Origin: Oscillospiraceae bacterium
GTDB taxonomy: Bacteria > Bacillota > Clostridia > Oscillospirales > SIG627
Assembly (NCBI GenBank): GCA_015065265.1
Contig: SVQQ01000008.1
Span: forward strand, 222 to 64,221
Reading direction: 5' to 3'
DNA: 64,000 bases
Numbering within the stretch: position 1 is the first letter of the stretch; each line of letters opens with the position of its first letter. The notes below the pieces were generated by a model. The model ran no database searches, was not told where the DNA came from, and saw only the letters and a list, made by a program, of their open reading frames with translations. The position numbers and the translations under genes are program-made. This document shows, piece after piece, positions 47,538 through 55,760 of the stretch.

Positions 47538-49421
47538 TCAGATGTTTTTTTGTGGAGACAGTGTTTCGTTTTTGCCACTTTTAATTGTGGCTACAAGCAT
47601 TGCTACTATCATCCAGAAGAAAGCGTATACTCGGTAGTTGTACCACACGTAGTCAGTCAGTCCTTGTACCAAGAAGGCTACGATTCCGCAAAGAAGAGCA
47701 CCGACTAAAAACTTTATTTCTCTCTCTTCGCAGTCCCTTAAGAAAGAGAAGGTTTTTGAAAAGAGAAGGAAAAGTGTGATTAAGAAAGCGGCAAAGCCGA
47801 AGATGCCGAGTTCTAACATTATTTGCAGATACAAATTATGTGAATGGGGTGCCATTTCAATTCCCGCAAGGGCATACTCGGTATAAACTATCTGGAAGGC
47901 ATCTGTTCCGATACCTATACCTGTGAAGAAAAAGTCCTTTATCATTTTGACGGATGCTTCCCAGATGAACACTCGGTATGAGGTGGAAGAATCGGTCATA
48001 TTTCCTATACTTGTAAATCTATCGGTGATAGATGACGGAAGAAAAGGAATTACGGCGGGTAATGCACAAAGCCCAAGAACGTAGGTTCCGATTGCGTTTT
48101 TTGAAATAATCAAAAATAGAATTATAAACGAAGCGATACATCCTATCCATGCACCTCTTGACCAGGTATAAATCAAGGATAAAAAGGCTGTGACGAGAGT
48201 TACAAAGGTGAACGAACGTGATGAAAACTGTTTTGCTAAAAGCATCAGTATTAACGCTGTTGGAATAAGCAAGATAAGATATTCACCAAAGACGTTGGGG
48301 TTTTCAAAAGTGGAAACAACGCGTGTTTCGATTTCCGAGAACATATCTTCATCTGTCCAAGTGGTATCGGGGGCAACGAAGAAATTCTGGAAAATTCCGT
48401 ATATTGAGCACAAGAACAGTGACGCCATTGAAGAGAATAAAACTTTTTTAACAAGGGCTGTCGTTCTGATGAGGTTGACAATTAAAAAGTATGCCGAAAG
48501 GAATACAAAATAAACGCACGATGGGGGTAAACTGCCTGAAGGCGAAACGGAAAAAGCGCCGCCTAAGAGCAAGAAGACCGAGAAAACGAGGACGAAAAAG
48601 TCAAGAGTGTCAAATTTCAGTGAGCGTTTTCCTCTTAACATTTTGAAGATATATGCAAAATACAAGAAAATAACTTCGGCACAAATGAACATAGTGGGGA
48701 GAAACGGTAGAGTGGCTACCATAAGGACTATGCCGAACTCCACCTTATCAAGTATAACAAATACAAGAACGATTGCTATGAGGGTAAGGAAAATATAAAT
48801 TGGTTGAATTACCAAAGTAAGTAGCCCAAGTATGATTCCCGATGCTACAGGTAAAAGTGCGTTTTCTTCAACGCTTTCCCGCATTACGTCTTCCTTTTTG
48901 TATCCGATAAAGGACAAAATGCCTCGAACAAGTTTACCGCCTACAAGTAATTGACACAAGTCTTCCTTGGTTGATAAGAGAGGAATGGATAAAATTATAG
49001 TTCCTATTCCCTGCCATAGAAGCGGTGTACCGTCGTTTTTCAAAAGGTACTGCGTGATAAATCCCACAGAGGTGGTAAAAAAGCCGAAGACGAACAAAAA
49101 GACACCGTAAAGTCGGGCTTTAGAGCCGAGAAACAGGTCTACTATTCTTATGCCCGTTTTATAAATAAGACTGTTTTCGACTTTTGAGGCAAATTTATTT
49201 TTAAGTTTTATAAGGGTCTTAGTTTTGGGTTTTGCTTTTTTGATAATCTTTGAAAAGAGAGTGTTTTGTGCTTTTTCGTCAAGGGTATCATAAGACGTGA
49301 AAAGCTGGGCAGACTTTGATGAAGAAATCTTTTTTGAAAAGAATTCGGATATTTTCTTCAAAACGCCAACAAAGGCACTGGACGAAAAGGCATTTCTGAT
49401 TTTGCCTACGTTATTTTTCAA
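47538..49421 (-). CDS. O-antigen ligase/Wzy_C (IctB-like) polytopic membrane protein
   Basis: RVVSTFENPNVFGEYL, TWSRGAWIG, DSSTSYRVFIW, GIGIG, HSHNLYLQIMLELG. Confidence 0.85.
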   Translation of the reverse strand: MKNNVGKIRNAFSSSAFVGVLKKISEFFSKKISSSKSAQLFTSYDTLDEKAQNTLFSKIIKKAKPKTKTLIKLKNKFASKVENSLIYKTGIRIVDLFLGSKARLYGVFLFVFGFFTTSVGFITQYLLKNDGTPLLWQGIGTIILSIPLLSTKEDLCQLLVGGKLVRGILSFIGYKKEDVMRESVEENALLPVASGIILGLLTLVIQPIYIFLTLIAIVLVFVILDKVEFGIVLMVATLPFLPTMFICAEVIFLYFAYIFKMLRGKRSLKFDTLDFFVLVFSVFLLLGGAFSVSPSGSLPPSCVYFVFLSAYFLIVNLIRTTALVKKVLFSSMASLFLCSIYGIFQNFFVAPDTTWTDEDMFSEIETRVVSTFENPNVFGEYLILLIPTALILMLLAKQFSSRSFTFVTLVTAFLSLIYTWSRGAWIGCIASFIILFLIISKNAIGTYVLGLCALPAVIPFLPSSITDRFTSIGNMTDSSTSYRVFIWEASVKMIKDFFFTGIGIGTDAFQIVYTEYALAGIEMAPHSHNLYLQIMLELGIFGFAAFLITLFLLFSKTFSFLRDCEEREIKFLVGALLCGIVAFLVQGLTDYVWYNYRVYAFFWMIVAMLVATIKSGKNETLSPQKNI

Positions 49422-49425
49422 GGTG

Positions 49426-50982
49426 TCACCTCTTTTTTGCGAAAATTTTTAAATCAGAGACGGTTTTTTCTTTAACTAACAGTAGTAATAATACATATAC
49501 GATTACTCCGACAACTGCAAGTATTGTCGAGTAGATTACGTTATAAACAGCACTTTTTTCAAATGCCACAGGGCTTATCATACAGTCAATTCCGTAAATT
49601 ACAGCAAAGGAAAGTATTCCAGATGCAATAATTTTTGCAATATCTATAATAAAAGAGCGGTTAATAAAGCCTTCTATACGTGTTGAAGCAAAGATAAACA
49701 TAAAAACGCCTGACGTTAAAATTCCGATTGAATAGGATATTCCAAGTGAGTTTATGCCAAGTTCACTTACATTTGAAAGAATACTTAAAGATATTACGTC
49801 TGCTATAATCCCCAAAACTACGGATATTACAGGGTATTTTGGCTTTTTCATAGCGTAGAAGGTTCTGCTCAAAAATTCAACGAGAGTAAAGCCGAGCATA
49901 CCTGGGACAAGAGTTTTTAATATTAGTGTTACCATTTTAGCGGCAGTCAAGTCAAATGACCCTCTCATATACACCACTGAAATAATCTGTGGGGACAAAA
50001 GAAAGACTAAAATGGAAATGGGTACTGTCATCAAAAGGGCACTGATAAGTCCTGTTCTGCCCATACTTCCGAAAGCCTCTTTATCTTCCCCTGCCTTTTC
50101 GGAAAGTTTGGGGAAAATGTAGTTACATACACCGTAGGTCGTAATTCCCGTTATTACGGTGAACAAGTTTACTGCATATTCAAAAGAAGGAACTGCACCA
50201 GATACGCCGATGTTTGTAGCAAAGCGCATACTAACGAGAAGGCAGACGGGAGAAAGCCATGAACCCATAATAATAGGTGGGGTGAGTTTCAGGGCGCTTA
50301 AAAAAGCGGGGTTCTTAAAATCAAAAAGAAGCCGATACTTAAAGCGAGTTTTTTTAATAGGTAAAACCAGAGTTAAAAGTTGTACACACCAAGCGAGAGT
50401 GAAAGTCACTGCAAGTCCTGTAATTCCAAAGCGGTTATCGAAGAAAATAAAGTACAAAATTATAACAAGGTTTGATACAGCGCTGATAAATGCAGGAACT
50501 ATATATTCTCCGTTAGACTGCAAAAGTCCTACGAAAATATAAGACGATGCTGCAAAGACTATAAGAGGAAACATTATTCTGAGAAGTTTTACTGCAAGAA
50601 TTTCGGTATCGGGAAGAAGTCCCGGGGCAACTACGCTTAAAAGGGATTTTGCGAAAACTATACCCAAAATAGAGAGAAGTCCCGTAAGAAGCAACAGGAA
50701 GTTTAAATAAATTGATGTAAACTCGTTTTGTTTTTCTTTTTTGTTATCTGATGTAAATGAGTTGTACACAGGGATAAAGCAACCTAATATAGCCGATGCA
50801 AATATGATATCAAAGAATGAAAGGGGTATGCGGGATGCGGCAGAAAATGCGGTTGCCTCTTCGGAAATATCGTATGATGCCGCAAGTAATACACCTCGAA
50901 GCATACCCAGCACTTTGGATATAAACATTGCCGCTATCATAAAAACTACGGTGAAGGTAGCCGACTTATTTTTTCTTTCCAT
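49426..50982 (-). CDS. murJ: MurJ/MviN-family lipid-linked flippase
   Basis: SKVLGMLR, AF.AA.RIP, FIPVY, APG, about 14 TM helices, FPKLS, RGSF, RTFYA. Start likely ATG 50982 (GGAGG RBS). Confidence 0.88.
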   Translation of the reverse strand: MERKNKSATFTVVFMIAAMFISKVLGMLRGVLLAASYDISEEATAFSAASRIPLSFFDIIFASAILGCFIPVYNSFTSDNKKEKQNEFTSIYLNFLLLLTGLLSILGIVFAKSLLSVVAPGLLPDTEILAVKLLRIMFPLIVFAASSYIFVGLLQSNGEYIVPAFISAVSNLVIILYFIFFDNRFGITGLAVTFTLAWCVQLLTLVLPIKKTRFKYRLLFDFKNPAFLSALKLTPPIIMGSWLSPVCLLVSMRFATNIGVSGAVPSFEYAVNLFTVITGITTYGVCNYIFPKLSEKAGEDKEAFGSMGRTGLISALLMTVPISILVFLLSPQIISVVYMRGSFDLTAAKMVTLILKTLVPGMLGFTLVEFLSRTFYAMKKPKYPVISVVLGIIADVISLSILSNVSELGINSLGISYSIGILTSGVFMFIFASTRIEGFINRSFIIDIAKIIASGILSFAVIYGIDCMISPVAFEKSAVYNVIYSTILAVVGVIVYVLLLLLVKEKTVSDLKIFAKKR

Positions 50983-51730
50983 CGTCATTACCTCCCGTAC
51001 AGGCATTGATTATATACTCTTTCACTTGTTTTTTCTTTTCCTCTAAATCAATCTTTTCATAGAGGTCGGGGCGTTTTTCACGAGTTATTTCAAGTGACCT
51101 TTCAAAACGCCACATTTCAATGTCGGCATGATTTCCCGAAAGTAATACGTCGGGGACTCTGACTCCGTGAAATTCCACTGGTCTTGTATATTGGGGGTAT
51201 TCGAGAAGTCCTGACGCGATACTCTCTTTTTCGTGACATTCTTTTGATGGGAGTACTCCTTCCACGAGTCTTGATACTGCATCTACAATAATTGCCGCAG
51301 GGAGTTCACCGCCTGTAAGTACAAAGTCGCCAAGAGAAATTTCTTCGTCTACAATCTCGTCTATTATACGTTGGTCGATACCCTCGTAATGACCGCACAA
51401 AATGTTAATTTCGTCGTAGTTTAAAAGTTCTTCGGCAACTTTATGGTTAAAGGTTCTACCTTTTGGCGAAACGTATATTGTATGGGGCTTTTTCTTGATG
51501 TTGCGGACAATGGCGTCGTAGCAGTTGGAGATAGGTGGTGCTGCCATAAGCATTCCCATACCTCCACCGTAAGAGGTGTCGTCAACTTTTCTGTGTTTGT
51601 CTTCAGAATAGTCTCGGATATTATGGCAAACTATTTCAATAAGTCCTTTTTTTCTTGCCCTGCCGATTATACTTTCGTTAAAGATAGTTTCCAGCATATC
51701 GGGAAACAGGGTCATTATATCAAAGCGCAT
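50966..51730 (-). CDS. trmD: tRNA (guanine-N1)-methyltransferase
   Basis: TLFP, VDD..YGGG.GM, CGHYEGIDQR, SLGDFVLTGGE, LLEYPQYTRP, LLSGNH. Confidence 0.97.
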   Translation of the reverse strand: MRFDIMTLFPDMLETIFNESIIGRARKKGLIEIVCHNIRDYSEDKHRKVDDTSYGGGMGMLMAAPPISNCYDAIVRNIKKKPHTIYVSPKGRTFNHKVAEELLNYDEINILCGHYEGIDQRIIDEIVDEEISLGDFVLTGGELPAAIIVDAVSRLVEGVLPSKECHEKESIASGLLEYPQYTRPVEFHGVRVPDVLLSGNHADIEMWRFERSLEITREKRPDLYEKIDLEEKKKQVKEYIINACTGGNDDGKKK

Positions 51731-52233
51731 TAGTCAACAAGCCCCTCAATCAATTCAAAATAAACCCCTGTGTCAACATCTATTCTTTTAACAAAAACGT
51801 CGATTGCAGGTATAAAGCAAGTTTTCTCGTTGATTAGTTCTATCTCATAGAGGTCTCCGCCACCTCTGTTTTCAAAGCCGATTACTTTACCGAACTTTTC
51901 GTTTGTGTTTACATTGATGGCGTCGAGTCCGATTATGTCGGCAATAAAGACGGAACCTTCTTTTTTCGTTACGTGGTCACGGTGTACGTATATTATTTTC
52001 GACTTATATTTTAAGGCGTCGTCAAGGGTATCGATACCTTTGAATTTAAGGAGCATAAATCTGCCGAATTTACGAATGCTTTCCACTTCTAACTTTTTAT
52101 CTCCGTTTTTATCAAGAAAGAATGCGGGGACTTTTTGATAAGATGAGAGTGTGTCGCTCCAAGCGTCAAATTTGAACTCCCCTCTTACCCCGTGGGTGTT
52201 TATAAGTTTTCCCGCTTCTAAATATTCAACCAT
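51730..52233 (-). CDS. rimM: 16S rRNA processing protein RimM
   Basis: GKLINTHGVRGE, DIIGL, IPAIDVFV; upstream of trmD. Confidence 0.93.
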   Translation of the reverse strand: MVEYLEAGKLINTHGVRGEFKFDAWSDTLSSYQKVPAFFLDKNGDKKLEVESIRKFGRFMLLKFKGIDTLDDALKYKSKIIYVHRDHVTKKEGSVFIADIIGLDAINVNTNEKFGKVIGFENRGGGDLYEIELINEKTCFIPAIDVFVKRIDVDTGVYFELIEGLVD

Positions 52234-52312
52234 TTTGACTCCTTAACTACATATAGAAATAAATATATATGGTTAATTATACCACACACTTTCTTTTTTT
52301 TCAACAAAAAAT

Positions 52313-52350
52313 AAAAAATAGCATTGACGGATACATCAATGCTATTTTTT
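52313..52350 (-). terminator. Intrinsic terminator after the glmM operon
   Basis: AAAAAATAGCATTGA-cggataca-TCAATGCTATTTTTT. Confidence 0.8.
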
Positions 52351-52359
52351 GTATGATTT

Positions 52360-53031
52360 TTAATTTCGATTTTCTTTTTTCACCACGTTGTCAGGGGCTT
52401 TCACAATGCAGTCACAAGGAATGACTCCTCTTAAAGAAAGGGTGGGATAGACTGAGGTGTTTTTACCTATAACTGTACCGGGATTTAAGACACAGGCGCA
52501 ACCTACGTCGGCGTGGTCGGCAAGAATTGCTCCTACTTTTCTTAAATTAGTATCAATTTCTTCTTCAGAATGTATAACCACGTTTTTTCCGTCGGATTTT
52601 AAGTTTGAACAAATAGACCCTGCTCCCATATGGGAGTAGTTTCCAAGTATTGAATCTCCTATGTAATTATAGTGTGGCGCCTGAACGTGATCGAAGAGAA
52701 CGGCGTTCTTAAATTCACTTGAATTGCCAAGGACACAGCCCTCTCCTGTAATAACTGCACCGCGGATATATGCGCCCGGTCTGATTTCGGTGTTGTGTCC
52801 AATAATCGCAGGGGCTTCGATATCGGACAGGGGGTGAATTTTAACGTTCTCTCCTACAAGTACACCTTTCTTTATCTCCGTAAAGCCCTCTATTCCCTTT
52901 TCTGCAAGTTCGGTGATGTACCCTTTGATTTTAGGAAGAACCTCCCAAGGATAAAGAGTTCCCTCAAAGAGTGGTTTTATGTAGTCGGGAATACTTGAAA
53001 AGAGGCTTTCGGTTTTTACTTCTTTTCTCAA
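52360..53031 (-). CDS. Stand-alone GlmU-type left-handed beta-helix acetyltransferase (probable GlcN-1-P N-acetyltransferase)
   Basis: Hexapeptide repeats; IRPGAYIRG, GNSSEFKN, PHYNYIGDSILG, GAGSICSN, RKVGAIL. No nucleotidyltransferase domain. TTG start overlaps the glmM stop. Confidence 0.75.
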   Translation of the reverse strand: MRKEVKTESLFSSIPDYIKPLFEGTLYPWEVLPKIKGYITELAEKGIEGFTEIKKGVLVGENVKIHPLSDIEAPAIIGHNTEIRPGAYIRGAVITGEGCVLGNSSEFKNAVLFDHVQAPHYNYIGDSILGNYSHMGAGSICSNLKSDGKNVVIHSEEEIDTNLRKVGAILADHADVGCACVLNPGTVIGKNTSVYPTLSLRGVIPCDCIVKAPDNVVKKENRN

Positions 53032-54635
53032 ACTGTATATCCCCTTTCAATTATAACCTCTGCAATTTCGTCAACTATTTTTTCGCAGAGTTCTTCGTTC
53101 TCGCACTCTGCCATTACTCGAATTACGTTTTCGGTACCGCTTTTTCTGAGCAGTACTCTTCCCTTTTTGTTGATTTTCTCTTCTGCCTTCTTTAAGGCAT
53201 TAATAACTTCCTCATCCTTCATAACCGCTTCCTTATTTTTTACAGGAAGGTTTTTAAGGCGCTGTGGATAGGGTTTTACAGGTTCTGCAAGTTTTGACAA
53301 AGGTAATTTTGAGTCGCACACCTGTTCTGTGAGCATTATGGCGGTTAAAAGTCCGTCACCTGTTGTGGCATACTTTTTCAAAATAATGTGGCCTGACTGT
53401 TCTCCGCCGAGAGTATAGTCGTTATTCTGCATACATTCGTATACAAAGCGGTCCCCTACGTCGGTCTGAACACACTTAATGCCGATTTCTTCAAGACTTC
53501 TGACAAATCCGCTATTTGACATTATGGTGGCAACTATTGTGTTCGAATTGAGTATTCCTCTTTGTTTAAGTCTTTTTCCAAGGATATAGAGAATTGCATC
53601 TCCGTCAACTACGTTTCCTTCTTCGTCAACCGCGATACATCTGTCTGCATCTCCGTCAAAGGCAAATCCTATGTCAAGGTGTTCGTCTTTTACAAGTTGA
53701 CACATTTTTTCAACGTGAGTTGAACCGTATCCCTTATTTACGTTAAGTCCGTCGGGCTCGTCGCCGATAACGAAAACCTGTGCTCCGAGAGCAGAGAAAA
53801 CGGACTTTGCTATCATCCATGATGCACCGTTTGCAGAGTCAAGTCCTATCTTTAATTTTTTATAGGAATTCGAGGCAAGTGAAATAAGATATCCCACGTA
53901 TCTGTTACGTCCCGATACGTAGTCGATTATACTGCCTATTCTGTCCCTTTGTGCCAAGGGTAAATCGTCACCGTTTATTCCAAGAGACATTAAGTCTCCG
54001 TCTATGTACGCTTCAATCAAGGACGTTGTATTGTCGTCAAGTTTTTCACCGTATTTATTGATGATTTTAATACCGTTGTCATAATATGGGTTGTGAGAGG
54101 CGGTAATCATTATTCCACAATCAAATTCGTCCTGTCTTGTAACGTAGGAAACGCTTGGGGTGGTAGTGACGTGGAGCATATACGCATCGGCTCCTGAAGA
54201 GGTAATTCCTGCAACAATGGAGTATTCAAGCATATAACTTGAACGTCTTGTGTCCTTACCTATTACAATTCTGGCACGTCTTGTTCCGTCGTTTCCCGAT
54301 GCCATTGTCGAATAATACCATCCTAAAAAACGACCAACTTTATATGCGTTAATAGAGGTAAGAGTTACGTTTGCTTCTCCGCGATAACCGTCGGTGCCGA
54401 AATATTTGTTTCTTTTTTTAGTGTTTGTTACAATTTCTACGTTCTCTTTTATGAGTTCGTCGGAACTGACTGAAAAAAGTTCGCAAAGTTGTACAACTTT
54501 ATCGATACCCGGAATAGCCTGTCCCATTTCCCATTTTGAAACAGACTGTCTTGAAACGGAAATTTTTTCTGCAAGTTCCTCTTGTGAAATTCCTCTCGAA
54601 TTTCTAAGGTTTGCTATTTTTTCTCCTATAGTCAT
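53028..54635 (-). CDS. glmM: XRE helix-turn-helix fused to phosphoglucosamine mutase
   Basis: Residues 1-65 are an XRE HTH (SQEELAEKISVSRQSVSKWE). Then KYFGTDG.RG, GKDTR.S, TASHNP, DGDADR, GGEQSGH, RKSGTE. Confidence 0.9.
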   Translation of the reverse strand: MTIGEKIANLRNSRGISQEELAEKISVSRQSVSKWEMGQAIPGIDKVVQLCELFSVSSDELIKENVEIVTNTKKRNKYFGTDGYRGEANVTLTSINAYKVGRFLGWYYSTMASGNDGTRRARIVIGKDTRRSSYMLEYSIVAGITSSGADAYMLHVTTTPSVSYVTRQDEFDCGIMITASHNPYYDNGIKIINKYGEKLDDNTTSLIEAYIDGDLMSLGINGDDLPLAQRDRIGSIIDYVSGRNRYVGYLISLASNSYKKLKIGLDSANGASWMIAKSVFSALGAQVFVIGDEPDGLNVNKGYGSTHVEKMCQLVKDEHLDIGFAFDGDADRCIAVDEEGNVVDGDAILYILGKRLKQRGILNSNTIVATIMSNSGFVRSLEEIGIKCVQTDVGDRFVYECMQNNDYTLGGEQSGHIILKKYATTGDGLLTAIMLTEQVCDSKLPLSKLAEPVKPYPQRLKNLPVKNKEAVMKDEEVINALKKAEEKINKKGRVLLRKSGTENVIRVMAECENEELCEKIVDEIAEVIIERGYTV

Positions 54636-54796
54636 AATTCAAATCAACCTTTCTGATTTTTTACAAATTGCACCACTTTAATTTTTCATTTATGATATTA
54701 ACAAAGTTTTATCTAAATATCCACCAACTCGAATTACTTTTTATGTAAATAATAGTTGTCAAGATGAGTTTGAATTTTTAGTAAAGCACTATAAAT

Positions 54797-55621
54797 TCAT
54801 CGTAATATTTCAGAAATTTGTAAACTAAGGGTGTCTTTTCTGTCTTGAGAAGGTGTTTTCAAAAACTTCTGTTTGTACTTTCTGCAAAAGTAACTCACGT
54901 CGTCGAAACCCGATGACAGTGCGATTTCAACAATTTTCATATTTGGGTAATTCAACGTCAAATTTCTTGCATACGTAAGCCTTAATTCCAAAAGGTATTC
55001 AAAAACGGTTATTCCCTTTTTCTTTTTGAAGTCGTGGCATAATTTCGATACCGAAACTTTATGCAGACTCGCTATTTCTTCAAGAGTTATTTTCTTTGTA
55101 AAGTTTCTTTCAAGGTATAATGAAACTTTATCTTCAAAACTGTCAAGGCGGAACATACCGTCTTCAAAGAATTCAACAAAAAAGGAATACGTTAAAGACG
55201 AAAGGCGTCCCTCTCTTTTTCTGTCGTAGTATTCGGAAATAATCTTTTTTATAAGGGACAGATACTTTTCGGTATCAACATCTTCCCTGAACAAAAAGCC
55301 ATTGCAATTATAGTTTTCCATAACTTCTCGGACAATCTTTCCTCGAAGTGTTACAAAGGCGGTGACAAGGCCTCCTGTATTTACGTATTCTGAAGGTACT
55401 CCAAGGGCTGTAAAAAAAGCGCAACCTTTTTTTAGTTTATAACGCTTATTGTTACAAAAAAGTGTTCCATTCCCCTCAAGGACAAACAAAATCTGGTGAC
55501 TGTCGGGGATACCGAGAGGTCTTTTTATGCTTTCTTGATTATAATTATCACAGGCGGTGACAAAAGTTATGGGAAGAGATTGAAGTTTCTTTGAACCCGA
55601 ATTAAATACGATAGTGCTCAA
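54797..55621 (-). CDS. AraC-family transcriptional regulator
   Basis: Cupin N-domain and C-terminal double HTH (ITLEEIA...EIALSSGFDDVSYFCRKYK). TTG start at 55621 after AAAGGA. Confidence 0.9.
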   Translation of the reverse strand: MSTIVFNSGSKKLQSLPITFVTACDNYNQESIKRPLGIPDSHQILFVLEGNGTLFCNNKRYKLKKGCAFFTALGVPSEYVNTGGLVTAFVTLRGKIVREVMENYNCNGFLFREDVDTEKYLSLIKKIISEYYDRKREGRLSSLTYSFFVEFFEDGMFRLDSFEDKVSLYLERNFTKKITLEEIASLHKVSVSKLCHDFKKKKGITVFEYLLELRLTYARNLTLNYPNMKIVEIALSSGFDDVSYFCRKYKQKFLKTPSQDRKDTLSLQISEILR

Positions 55622-55636
55622 AATGCGATCCTTTCG

Positions 55637-55705
55637 ACAAAATGCAAGATAATCATACAAAATGCAAGATAATCACTTTACTTTTGCAAAAAAATTCAGT
55701 AAAAT
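55637..55705 (+). promoter_or_regulatory. GH2 promoter with tandem direct-repeat activator site
   Basis: ACAAAATGCAAGATAATCA twice (55637-55655 and 55657-55675), directly before TTTACT-17 nt-TAAAAT (55677-55705). Confidence 0.7.
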
Positions 55706-55760
55706 ACAAACAGAGTATAACATATAAAATTTAAAAAGTAAAGTGTTTTAAGGAGTAATT

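Noticed and set aside
54725-54758. Imperfect inverted repeat CAACT..TTAC / GTAA..AGTTG upstream of XRE-glmM as a candidate operator
   Set aside because: Arms differ in length and have several mismatches; too weak to call, but worth including in an EMSA probe.
55633-55639. Perfect Spo0A box (TGTCGAA, minus strand) upstream of araC
   Set aside because: A single 7-mer is expected by chance, and it abuts the more convincing direct repeat.
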